A stretch of DNA of 60,985 nucleotides, filler included, from Hausera hauseri (GCA_046269625.1; 11 parts of 11 records of this genome joined end to end with filler, not necessarily neighbours in it), one strand, 5' to 3'; shown: positions 1 through 10,589, counted from the whole stretch's first letter. A program made the numbers and translations. The notes: generated by a model from the letters alone, not told the origin.

Positions 1-1043
1 TCCAAAACAATCAACTCGTAAAATTATCAAAAAAATGATTAAAATCATAGTACCATAGAAGATAATGGTGCTCCATAAGCCACTATAGTCATTACAGGAC
101 AATAAAGTGTTAAAAATTCTATTTGTTTATCTATGGAATTGTTCAAACGGTACAAAATACCAAATCCAGTCAATATAAGGCCGATCACCGTCGAATAAAT
201 AAGACTCCTCTAAAATCTAATTGAAAATATGGAATAAAAATGTTACCCTCTTTTGTGAATAAAAATAAAACACCAACGCAACAAACCCATTAACAATTGT
301 AGAAATAACATTGGTGAAAACAATTGGTATGTCACGTACTAGAAGACCGTATTTCAACCAACTTAAGGAACTAAAACAAAAAATAACATTATGAAATGAA
401 ATATATCAAACGATGATATGTTTGCACTGTATGGAAAAAACGAAAACGTATCTGACGTCTTCCGATTTTTGATATTTCGAATGATCAATCTGTGTCAACA
501 TTAAAACAGTTCATCATAATCTAATACACAAATACAAAAATACACCATTTTGGATAAAAGCGAATAATGAAGCTGTAATGCCGAATATATCAGTAAGTGA
601 GATCATTTCCTTCAAAAATTAGCGGGTATCTGTGTATATTGCGAGTGTTAGAAATAAAAATTGAGAAACATTACCCTAATTACAAAAAAAATTCGAGTCT
701 ACACAAAAAGTAGAAAATAAATTTTATTTCGTTAAAACATCGCTTACGTTTATTTTTTACTACTTAGGTGAGCAGCAAAAATCCAAACCGTGTTGTTTAA
801 AGAATATCTGAAGGACACTATAACGGTTTTGTCTTTTTGCTATTCAATGTGCAATGGTGTTACATTAAGATTACAGTTAGGCTTTCCAGATTTCGTTTTA
901 AAATACGGGATAAAATCCGGACAAACAAATATGGCTCATCTAGCGTTACCCGATTCTGTTTGAAAATAAAGGGCAAAAGCCGTACAAACGAATTGTTCCA
1001 GGTATATAATTGATATCCGAATTTTATTAATCGGAAATAATTC

Positions 1044-1733
1044 TGTTAGTAGTTGAAGGTGGACCCTATCCAACACCCAACTATAATAAAAATGCAATTA
1101 ATTTAACAATAGTATTAGCAGATAAGTTCTAACGTTCTCGTTAGAATCTTTGCACCAATTTAGAATGCGTGTACAGCGTGCTGTGCCTTGCGTAGTTTAA
1201 AAACAATTCTCGACCTAACTATGAAATTTAATATGATTTTAATGCTTAGTGTAGTACAAGTCCCTCGTAATGAGCGACGAAAAACTATAGAAGAATTTAA
1301 ATATATAAAATTTTATTATCAACAAAAGTAAATTACTGATAGAATAACAACTGAATATTTACACGATCAATCAGAGGAATAAGTTTGTTCAAGTCTTTCT
1401 TTATCAGTGGGTTAGCTCTACGAATTCGATTTTCTGTCCGTCGTCGATGATATCTGGCGTTTATATAGTAGTTTTAGACACATTGATTTACAGACGGTTT
1501 TCCTTAAATTTCACGTGAATTTTTTTCAATTCTAATTGATTTATCCGATTAAGTACACGTATTCGATAGATTTTCTCAGATTTGTATACAATTTATTTAC
1601 GTTTTCTAAACTTCCGTAGATTGGTTTAATTATTCAATGTATTGTAATCGATTTATTATTGTTTCGCTTTCGGTTTCGATTAGCAAGTTCATTTTCATTT
1701 ACATATTTACAACGGGCGACCACTTTCATAACA
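1044..1733 (-). repeat. 3' LTR (about 690 bp)
   Basis: Minus strand begins TGTTA at 1733 and ends TAACA at 1044; directly follows a purine tract; contains TATATAAA (~1461-1468) and AATAAA (~1312-1317); its last ~230 bp match 59610-59853 in reverse. Confidence 0.85.
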
Positions 1734-1914
1734 TTTCTCCTCCCTGAACGGCACTCTCGGATGTGCCCATTGCGTCAGTAGAGGTGTTGCGTAATCTGTC
1801 CATTCGTCCGCGTAAGTCCACTTCCGAATCTGTTTCGTTAGAGGGTGACTGCGAGTCAATAAAGTAGGATGTAGTGGCCTGTTTGGACAATATCTCCACT
1901 ATTTTTTTATTCAC
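1726..1914 (-). CDS. Short ORF, in-frame continuation of the RING ORF after a single TAG, ending at the PPT/LTR boundary
   Basis: TAG(1921) AAT GGA GTG(1914) is one frame; the ORF ends ..AVQGGEML across the PPT. Confidence 0.4.
   Translation of the reverse strand: MNKKIVEILSKQATTSYFIDSQSPSNETDSEVDLRGRMDRLRNTSTDAMGTSESAVQGGEML
1734..1745 (-). promoter_or_regulatory. Polypurine tract (AGGGAGGAGAAA)
   Basis: All-purine run abutting the TG start of the LTR. Confidence 0.8.
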
Positions 1915-1920
1915 TCCATT

Positions 1921-2529
1921 CTAGTAGTATCTCAGCCTTGTAGCTTCAGCTTTGCATACTGGGCAGGTCGTTTTCCCATTTTTGAGGGTCCACGTTTCTA
2001 TGCAGTATCTGCAGTATTTATGACTGCAGTCCTTGTTATCTAGGACCACGAAACCTTGATAGAGATCAGCATCACAAACGGGGCATTCTTCTTTTTCAGC
2101 TGCGTCGATGTTCACAAGGTTTTCATCCACTTCTATTCTTTCAAATACCAGTCCTTTCTTATTTTGGTATAAGTATCCGTACAATCTCTTTTGATTTGGG
2201 TTTATTGAGCTTTTCTTTGGGTCATCGGATACTGCGACTAAGGTCCATTCGACGATGTTTTGTTTGTCCAAATCGGGTACTCCAGTCTTCTTGTACTGTC
2301 TTTTTAGTTGAATCCTAACTTTGGTATCCACGGGAATTGTCAGTCTATTAGTACCACTCTTTGATTGGAATATTGGGCCTAAGTATCTGCCAATAGTGTG
2401 ATCTTCTTTGGCATATCCGTTTGCACTCACTATTCTTCTTGGAACGGTGGATACGTAAAATATGGCTTTTTTGATTTTCCCTTTGCTATAGTATTCGGCC
2501 ATGACAAGAATTCTTTTATATTCTTTCAC
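1921..2529 (-). CDS. Retroelement-encoded C3HC4 RING finger protein (putative E3 ligase); frame is open from about 2802
   Basis: CPVC-x13-C-S-H-KY-C-RY-C-x11-CPVC at the C-terminus. Confidence 0.8.
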   Translation of the reverse strand: MKEYKRILVMAEYYSKGKIKKAIFYVSTVPRRIVSANGYAKEDHTIGRYLGPIFQSKSGTNRLTIPVDTKVRIQLKRQYKKTGVPDLDKQNIVEWTLVAVSDDPKKSSINPNQKRLYGYLYQNKKGLVFERIEVDENLVNIDAAEKEECPVCDADLYQGFVVLDNKDCSHKYCRYCIETWTLKNGKTTCPVCKAEATRLRYY

Positions 2530-2684
2530 TTCGTCAAATTCTGTGACTATAATTGGTGTATCTTCTTCCCAGTTCTTTCGAAGAACATTAACTTCCGTCT
2601 TAAGGGTTTTGGGCTTAGTAGTTTCTAGTAGATTTTCTCTTTCTTCTTCCCATTTTTTTTGATTCGATATTCTTTTCTGATCAT

Positions 2685-3668
2685 TTATGGGTTTCTCGGG
2701 AAGTAGGTTATCTGTCGCTGGGCCTTTGCTGGTCTTGCTTCTTTTTTGTTGATGTAGTCCAGGAAAGAGGTCTTTGTCTTTTGCCTCTTCGATTTCTCTG
2801 GATTATCAGCTCTTACTGTTACTTCTTCTTGAGTTTTACTGGTTGATGGTTTCTGTTGATTGCTTTGAACTTCTGTGGGGTTTTTATAGACTGTTATTCG
2901 GAATTGGTTATGCTCACGGGTTTCGATCTGTCGATAACTAGGGTATTCACTAAACCCTTTTCGGAATTTTTGCATCAGTGCCTTGGGGTTGTTGTCAGAC
3001 ATCGCATTTTGTACACGGTTTCTGGGTTTCCATTCGTGATGCCATAGTAATGAGTTATAGATATCCTTTATAAATTTGGTCCTTTGGCTTGCTGTCATTA
3101 GCTTAGGGAATTTGAATCGATCGCCATTCATGGCTTCTAGCATCATCTTAAATTGCGATTCACGGGATGCTGATGGAAGCAGACATCCTCTTTTCCGCAT
3201 CAATGTATTTTCCACTTGGCTCACTACTGCTGGGTTCCGGCTCAATTCTCGAATTTCGGCTATGTATTCGTGCCTAATTTGTAGTCGTTCCAGTGCTTCG
3301 TGCACTCGAAATCCGGTAACGACGTATCCATATGAATAATGGCTTATATCTTCTTGGATCTCCAAAAAATCTTTTACCTTTTCGAGCTGTGACTTCGTGA
3401 TTCCAGTAACGTCGGGGAAAGTATCTTTTATCCTAGCCCGAGGTGCTATTATTTTGTTTATGATTTCCTCTCCATTAGTATTTCTGATGGAAACCTCAAT
3501 CGGAAAGTACCATTTATCGTCTTTTTCTCCATAGTTTACGGCCAATATCCGAGTATTTTGGCCATCTGAAATGAATCTGTAAGACTCTCTATTTTGCTCT
3601 ATCTCATATTTAGATGGTTTCTGTACATACAATAACGGGGGTAGCGGCTTCATTATTTTTTTTGCCAT
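2685..3668 (-). CDS. DEDDh (REXO4/ISG20-like) exonuclease-fold protein, catalytic motifs degenerate
   Basis: ILAVNY..IEVSIRNTNGEEIINKIIAP..DVTGITKSQL..DF.EIQ.DI...GYVVTGF follows the REX4/ISG20 pattern VALDCE..RVSIVN..G..LYD.YVKP..VSGI..HL..F..VQ..V..LL.GRILVGH; DxE is replaced by NYG. Confidence 0.65.
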   Translation of the reverse strand: MAKKIMKPLPPLLYVQKPSKYEIEQNRESYRFISDGQNTRILAVNYGEKDDKWYFPIEVSIRNTNGEEIINKIIAPRARIKDTFPDVTGITKSQLEKVKDFLEIQEDISHYSYGYVVTGFRVHEALERLQIRHEYIAEIRELSRNPAVVSQVENTLMRKRGCLLPSASRESQFKMMLEAMNGDRFKFPKLMTASQRTKFIKDIYNSLLWHHEWKPRNRVQNAMSDNNPKALMQKFRKGFSEYPSYRQIETREHNQFRITVYKNPTEVQSNQQKPSTSKTQEEVTVRADNPEKSKRQKTKTSFLDYINKKEARPAKAQRQITYFPRNP

Positions 3669-4245
3669 GTAATTTCGATCATGATTTTTGTCGGAAGGTC
3701 TGCAATTCTGATTTCTACAGCATAATTCATAAGGCTATAGCAACATAGCTCATAAGTGCTAAATTTCCATTGCTGTCCCCTTTTGTGTGCTCCAGGATTG
3801 TCCTACGATCCTCTATTGAATTTCTCCATTAGCGACATGTACGTATAATTGCTGATGTGTTGGCTCATGGAATTAGATCTTTTAAGAGGTATGCTCGTGC
3901 ATCCTTTGGACTTTGCATGGCGTATAATCGGATCAATCTATTCTCTTCTAAACCCAATTTTAGCCCGTTCGGTATTTTACTCTCTTGGTTGAATTCTAGA
4001 TAATTATGGTATTTCAAGTTTTCTCAAATTTGTCGGTATAGGTTTTTGAATAATGGCTTGGGGACATTGACGTGATGCTGCAAGATATTGTCGATATTGA
4101 AATTGGGATTGACTGATGAATTCTTCGCCTTCTCGGTCATACTTACTCTGCTGAAATAAAAATAAAGATTAATCCTAAGACAGATCATCGTTTTGGAACA
4201 GAAAATTTTCTCTGTCTGATAACAGGATAACCCGATCTGTAGTTG
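3669..4245 (-). pseudogene. Decayed readthrough extension / unknown domain upstream of the exonuclease-like domain
   Basis: QLQIGLSCYQT..CLRINLYFYFSRVSM, IDNILQHHVNV and YVHVANGEIQ*RIVGQSW align with contig 3 QLQIGLFYHQT..CFRIDPYFVFSFKMVSM, VDKFLQGHATV and FIHLADGEVYYRIEDQRW. Confidence 0.7.
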
Positions 4246-4254
4246 TCAGGTTAT
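4227..4254 (-). promoter_or_regulatory. Putative stop-codon readthrough signal UGA-CAA-CUA within a 9-bp hairpin
   Basis: Sense ATAACCTGACAACTACAGATCGGGTTAT; identical 28-mer at 10562-10589. Confidence 0.75.
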
Positions 4255-4566
4255 GCTATCATAAGGTCCGTCTCGGTGCCTGTTTACCCATTTATCTCCC
4301 TTATAATTTTTACAGCGTTTGTTACATTTTTTGGGAACTATAAAAATCATCGCTGTTATTATGATAAGAACGAAAATTGACAAACTGAATATAGTTATTA
4401 TCGATAAATTACTCGGCTCAATAGAACTTTCCGTGGTGAATACATTTTGAGTACTGATATCTTTATATGGCATTACTCCAACCTTGTTGCCAAGAGTTCG
4501 TTCTGTAAAGGTTTTAGAGTTCTTACCCCTCGCAGTAATTTGGATTATATAGTCATGTTTTGGCCG
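4246..4566 (-). CDS. C-terminus of env-like type I membrane protein (FN3 end, TM helix, short basic tail)
   Basis: RPKHDYIIQITA then LSIITIFSLSIFVLIIITAMIFIV-PKKCNKRCK..DGPYDSIT*; homologous to 10581-10930; likely frameshifted near 4480-4510. Confidence 0.7.
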   Translation of the reverse strand, partial: RPKHDYIIQITARGKNSKTFTERTLGNKVGVMPYKDISTQNVFTTESSIEPSNLSIITIFSLSIFVLIIITAMIFIVPKKCNKRCKNYKGDKWVNRHRDGPYDSIT

Positions 4567-4666
4567 NNNNNNNNNNNNNNNNNNNNNNNNNNNNNNNNNN
4601 NNNNNNNNNNTTAATTAATTAANNNNNNNNNNNNNNNNNNNNNNNNNNNNNNNNNNNNNNNNNNNN
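4567..4666. other. Artificial contig-joining linker (N44-TTAATTAATTAA-N44), first of 10
   Basis: Same 100-nt spacer with stops in all six frames recurs at 9367-9466, 15803-15902, 22585-22684, 29256-29355, 35857-35956, 41700-41799, 46107-46206, 50270-50369, 56674-56773. Confidence 0.98.
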
Positions 4667-5382
4667 TGCTTGTTGGAGGTTGCATGTCCTGCTTGTATGC
4701 CCGTCCTTCTGGCACGACCAGCATTTCATCCTATTCTTTGCCTGCGTATTTTGCAGTTTGAAATCCCTCCTTTCCTGTCTTGGTTTGTCAAGTTTCTGCA
4801 TTGCCACATCCCGGTAACTCCGTCGACCCTCTGTAGTGTAATTTTTGATGTTTCTATCTCTTGCGTCTTCTTTGGCACTTCGTGAACTTTCTGTATTTTT
4901 TCTTTGATTTGTTCTAAGTTTTTTTGTCACTGCGGTTGATTTTTTTTTATATCCAAATCGTCACAACAGTGAATCATTACTTCTTCTGTTAGGGCTTCCA
5001 ATGTTACTTTGTGGCTAAAGATGCTCTTCGTTAACTGTTCAATTTTGTTGAAGTAGGCGGCCGGTTCTGCCCCCTCATTCTGTAGTCAAAAGCCTCCTGC
5101 AGATCTCCACACAGTGTTGTCGGTTTTGAGAAAGCTTTTCTCAACCGGTTTTGGTAATCTTTCACCTTCTGGCTCACCAGATTGTATTTCACCTGTGATT
5201 ATTCTGCCAAAATGCACAAGACCGCGGTTTTCCAGTCCGTCTCCAACATCTTTATGAAGTCTAAGTATTTCTCGCATTTTCCAATAAAGGTTTCCACGTT
5301 GTCGCCTTTCTAAAATTCTCTTGGCATCAATTTCTTGTCGAAGAAGTTTCTTGAAGCGTTGATCGCCATGTGAGTAGATCAC
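4667..5382 (-). pseudogene. LTR retrotransposon gag remnant with CCHC zinc knuckle
   Basis: CWSCQKDGHTSRTC (Cx2Cx4Hx4C) at about 4683-4724; broken frames upstream. Confidence 0.75.
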
Positions 5383-5997
5383 GTGTCTACAATCCCAACC
5401 TCAACCTGACTTGATTATTGTAAAATAGAATTATTCATAAAAGATTTATTATAAAAGTTTTTATAACATTTATCACCTTCACTCCGGAAATGAGTCTTAT
5501 TTTCCTTCTTTTTTGAATTTCCTGACTTTCTGTTGGTTGTTTATTGAATTACTTTTAAATTAAATTTAAACCTTAATATCCGTTTCAATTTCTCCTCGCA
5601 GTGTTGAAGTTTCTTATTGTTAGACAAAGTTCTATATTCTTACAACAGTAATATCATTGAATGAAATAAGTAATTAGGCACTGTAACAATAGTGTTAATA
5701 TTAAAAAAGAGAGACTTGTTAAATATTCTGTAACTAAAAAGCCCGTCCAAAAAATATGACTCGATATGCAATTTGTTATCGGCAATAATTACTTTAATTT
5801 TTGTTTTGATGTGACGCCCAACAACTCATTTCTACTCACCCGCCTGAAGAAATTCTGTCTATTTTACAACTATATGCTTCTCGGTTTTCATCTTGTGAGA
5901 TTCAGTACGGTTTTGAAATTCTGTATACGAATGCTGAAGTCGATTTTAAGGAAGCTTACATTTCTCGTCGAGCTGTCCATTTTGAACNNNNNNNNNN

Positions 5998-7493
5998 CTA
6001 ATCCCCACTCTTTAGCTAATATCTTTCGTGAGCAAATTGAGAATTTTACTGATATGGGTAGCGGATGGAAGATGTTAAGATTTTAAAGTACTCTTTCCAC
6101 ATAGTAAAAACAAGCCCACTACCTTATTTGTCTGGAAGGTCTTATCTGTCAACACCTGACGCTTTAAGAAATGCAACGGCCGTTGTTAATGTACGGAATG
6201 ACGATAATTTGTGTTTCTTATACTTATATTATGAGGATGCACAGCTTATCAGGTCAAAGTATAGATGCAGTACTCTTTTGGATTACATGTTGGTATACAT
6301 GAAACTCGATGTATATTTGTTAGATGTTCTTTAACGATTTAGAAAGGAGGTTAAGTTGCAGGATGGATTAGGGGCGGCTAGTTTTGTTTTCGTTCCCGGA
6401 TTATCTTTGGCAACAGCACTGAAAACAAGTCCTTTTAAGACTGAGTTCCTTCAAGATCCTGAAATGTACAGTTTCTTCCAATCGGGTATTCGCCGTGATA
6501 TGAATTTTGTGAATAAACATAGAGTTACCACTAATGAAAGCATTAGTATCTTGTACATAGATGTAAATAGTTTGTATGTCTGGGCTTTATAGCAACCTTT
6601 ACCATTTGCTAATTTGACTTGGATTTATGATGAAGATAAGGTAAATAATCTGACTGAACAATTGCCTTTTGTTGACACTCAATTAGATCAACTACCTTTA
6701 GCTCCAATCAATCAATGTCCTCCTGGTTCGAAAGTTAAGAAATTGTTGCCGACACATGAGCGTAAATCCAACTATGTTATTCACTATTCGGCTTATACAA
6801 TTGTACATCGAGTTATGTGCTGCTCAGTTTGACCAGATTATAACTTTAAGGATTCTATAGATACAAATACTGCTAAGACGGCTTTAGCGAATAATGCTTT
6901 TGAGAAGAACAACAGCCTTATGCTAGCAAGGCCAGTTTAAAGATAGTTTTATTATAGCCGATGATGTAGTTGCCGTTCTACTTGATAAAGACATGGTTAC
7001 ATTATATAGGCCCTCGTACGTTGGTCACGCCGTACTTGATTTTTCTTAGTTACGGATGTACGAGGTAAATTATATTGAGTTGAAATCTTATGGACTACAG
7101 TTTAATTGTGAACTTAATATTATTGCTGGTGACACAGGCATCCTTTTCCTTGTATGCCGTGATGTTGATTTGCAATCACAGCTCTCGCAAGCAATGATAG
7201 CTAATGAACAGTTGGACACTTCGAACTATGATAAAAGTGATCCGTTATACTCAACTCGTTTTGCATCTGTAATAGAAAAATTTATGGACGAGAGTAAGAG
7301 CTGTATCGATTATCAAGAGGGGATTTTCCTACAGACGAAATCATACTCACTGAAAACTCAAAGCAAACCAGTCTTTAAATGTAAAAGCATCAATCTCAGA
7401 CAGACATACTTACAGTTGAACAGCTACCTACAATCATATAAAACAGGTTGTACGACCATTGTGGATCAGAAGCGAAATGTACTGCAACAATAA
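5998..7493 (+). pseudogene. Polinton/adintovirus-type protein-primed DNA polymerase B relic (AGDT variant)
   Basis: SGW, VVNVRNDDNLCFLY, Y.KLDVYLL.DV, GIR, LYIDVNSLY, KLL, IAGDT, LDTSNY..PLYS; many stops and internal deletions. Confidence 0.85.
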
Positions 7494-7499
7494 TTTCTG

Positions 7500-9366
7500 T
7501 GTAAGACCAGAATTTCCCAAGGAGGACTATATTTAATTCAAGGCGTTCGAGAAGAAGATCAAGGTCCAAGTAGTTATCTGTTGCGACTTAGAAGCTATTC
7601 TCCGGCCAATTCACAGCTGCAATTCCAGGCCTCAACATAGCAGCACAATGGACAATGAACCATTTCTATTCAGAGGTCCAAGCGCAGCAGCACATTCCAT
7701 GAAACGACTTAAAGATGTGGCTCATAAGCTTGTGCCTGTAGTGTTCCACAACCTCAGTGGTTATGATTCCCACTTCATTATTCGCGAACTGAGCAACATT
7801 GGAGGAAACATTGATATCATTCCCAATAGTAAGGAAAAATACATCACTTTCACCAAGCATGTAGGCCGCATCAGGCTTTGCTTCATAGACAACTTCCGCT
7901 TCATGAGCTAGTCACTGGATAGTTTAGTGAAGAACCTCCCTGCAGAAGAACTCAAGGAGACGAAGCGGTTTTTCCCCACTGCATTTGACCTGGTCAAGAG
8001 GAAAGGGTGTTTACTTATGACTGCATAAACTAATGGGAAACACTGGATGAGACCTCATTGCCGGACAAGAAGGACTTTTACAGTATCCTTTGTGATTCCC
8101 ATATCAGTGATGCTGACTACCAGCATGCCTAGAATGTCTGGCATGCATTCCAATGCCGAAAATTAGGGGAATACAGCGACATATACCTCAAGATGGACGT
8201 GCTGCTGCTCACAGATATCTGTGAGAGTTTCAGGGATGTCACAATGAAGAGCCATGCTTTGTATCCGGCTCATTTCTTTACGGCTCCGAGGATGAGCTGC
8301 ACAGCTATGCTGAGATATACCGGCATAAGGCTGCAGATCATCAAGAATTATGACATGATCCTTATTATCGAGAGAGGCATTAGAGGCGGAATATGCCAGA
8401 TTATTCACCGGTATAGCGAGGCCAACAGCAAGTATATGGCCCAGTATGATCCATCAAAGAAATCCTCATATATATAATATCTGCATGACATCAACTTGTA
8501 TGGATATGCAATGAGCGCCCCATTACCGTATGATAACTTAAAATAAGTCGAAAATCCTGAAAACATCTCTATATTTGACCTGGATCCCACTGAAGATATG
8601 GGATACATTCCGGAGGTGGATATGGAATATTGTGCTTCCATCTACGCAAGGCATCAACAGCTGCCTTTACTCCCTGACAGCAGGCCTCTGCCCCATGGAA
8701 AGTATAAGAAGCTGCTGTGTTATCTGGGTAATAGGGAGAGGTATGTATTTCACTACATCAATCTCCAGCAGGCATTTAAATATGGACTTCGTATTACCAA
8801 GATCCATAGTACCCTCTAGTTCAGCCAGTCAATGTGGGTGCAGCCTTACATAGGTCTCAATACGAAACTGCGAACAAATGCCAAGAACGATTTTGAGAAG
8901 GACCAGTTCAAGCTTTACAGCAACTCGATCTTTGGCAAGACCATGGAGAATATCCGAAACAAGATCAACATCGAACTGGTATGTGACTGGAAACGAGCAA
9001 AGAAGCTTATTTCCAAGCCTAACTTCCACAGCAGCATTATATGTGCTGAAAACTTGGTCAGCATTTATATTCTGAAAATATCACTGGTATTCAACAAGCC
9101 CATATCTGTGGGCATGGTTATCCTCGACCTGTCAAAAACCCTGATGTATCATTTCCACTACGATATCATGGTCCCCAAGTTCAAGTCCATGCAGCTGATG
9201 TATATGGATACTGATAGTTTCATCTATCAGATTCATACAGAGGACATTTATGAGGACTTTGCTCAGTTGGCAGAACATATGGATACCTGGGACTATCCGA
9301 AGGATCATCCCAACTATTCAATTGCCAACAAAAAGGTCCTTGGGAAATTCAAAGACGAGGTGAATG
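7500..9366 (+). pseudogene. Polinton/adintovirus-type PolB relic (canonical YMDTDS type), truncated by contig end
   Basis: VVFHNLSGYDSHFII, FIDNFRFM, DVLLLTDICESFR, GIRGGI, NLYGYAM..PLP, KLYSNSIFGKTMEN, YMDTDS, GKFKDE; several stops and frameshifts. Confidence 0.92.
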
Positions 9367-9466
9367 NNNNNNNNNNNNNNNNNNNNNNNNNNNNNNNNNN
9401 NNNNNNNNNNTTAATTAATTAANNNNNNNNNNNNNNNNNNNNNNNNNNNNNNNNNNNNNNNNNNNN

Positions 9467-10478
9467 TTCTGCCCAAATTACTATTCATTGATTCGATCAT
9501 CAGCTTGAAGAAGACTTCTGGTGTAGTTGGCCTACTTTTTCCTTGTACGGTCTTTTCCATTTGTTCCTGGACAATTGAGTGAGTAGCTGTTTCCCTAAGT
9601 CCGGTAATATTTGCATCGGATATCCCTAATAGCTCGATTTCCCGTTTTACGTTGTATCCCATTATCATACACCCGTAGAGGCAATGGTCTAACTCAGAAC
9701 GGACCTGTTGAATGTCTTTTCCGCGTATAAGTTGTTACTTTCGTAAACCAGTTACTTCCGCATATGATTCTTGAACATGTTTCCGTGGATTTATAATGGT
9801 AGAGTAAAGCTCAGTTCCATCTCTTTCTCTAATAGATACTTTGATAGCTATCCCATACCAACCGTCTCCTCTGCAACAATCTATCGCCATAATTCTTATA
9901 TTCCGACCATCCTGTACTAGCCTATATGACTGGTAATGTTTGTCTTTTTCCGCTTTGGTTGGGATTTGTTTGAATGCTAAAACTGGCATGCCTAAGTTGC
10001 AGTTTTTCTTATGTATCACCTCAAACATGAGTTTAACAGGGAGGATCGCTATTCTAAATTCTAGGCCATAATCGATACTTTCTAGGCCTTGTCCGTTTAT
10101 TTTCAATGTACTAAATCGGTATTGGCGTCCTTCATTACAGTTCCATCGTTGGTCCTCTATTCTATAGTATACTTCACCATCAGCTAGATGGATAAATATA
10201 TCTTCCACTTTGGCGATACTATTCCGGATCACTTCCTTAAGGCCATACGACTTAGCTTGATTGTTTTCGCGCATCGCGTATAGGAAAACTTTGTGGTTCT
10301 CTTCGGTGGTACCTTTCAAGTCATTTGGTATTTCGTTTACTTTCCGGTATTCAACGTACACTTCTGTTTGTAATACGTCATTTATCCTTCTGTATATGGC
10401 TTTCGATTTGGGAATAAAGACCGTTGCGTGTCCTTGTAGGAATTTGTCGACTCTAATTCGGCTGATCATACTTACCAT
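9467..10478 (-). pseudogene. Unknown domain plus REXO4/ISG20-like exonuclease fold (one premature TAA at 9735)
   Basis: IMAIDCC..IKVSIRERDGTELYSTIINP..VTGLRK*QLIRGKD..V..L..LYGCMIMGYNV; homologous to 2685-3668; 9668 ORF is in the same frame. Confidence 0.7.
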
Positions 10479-10561
10479 TTTGAAAGAAAATACAAAATAT
10501 GGGTCAATCCTAAAACAAAGTATTGTTCTAAAAATGAAGCAATTCTTTGTTTGATGGTAGA

Positions 10562-10589
10562 ATAACCCGATCTGTAGTTGTCAGGTTAT
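10562..10589 (-). promoter_or_regulatory. Putative stop-codon readthrough signal UGA-CAA-CUA within a hairpin
   Basis: TGA at 10583-10581 is in frame, with no intervening stop, with the ATG at 10478. Confidence 0.78.

Larger units (their letters stand above)
1044..4566 (-). mobile_element. 3' part of a Ty3/Gypsy LTR retrotransposon with accessory cassette (TM protein end, exonuclease-like, RING, PPT, 3' LTR)
   Basis: ORFs are collinear homologues of the region downstream of integrase in contig 3; ends in a PPT and a TG..CA LTR. Confidence 0.85.

Noticed and set aside
1713-1722. TGGTCGCCC on the minus strand as a PBS
   Set aside because: Lies about 11 nt inside an LTR that follows a PPT, not after an LTR end.
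4611-4622. Recurrent TTAATTAATTAA palindrome and ORFs ending in X..LIN
   Set aside because: Artificial linker flanked by Ns.
5998-9366. PolB pieces as an intact virus or giant-virus genome
   Set aside because: Riddled with stops and deletions; no capsid or ATPase genes seen; embedded among host transposons.
9729-9737. TAA-CAA-CTT inside the exonuclease-like ORF as a second readthrough site
   Set aside because: The contig 1 homologue has TCA (Ser) there and the context is not CARYYA; a simple nonsense mutation is more likely.
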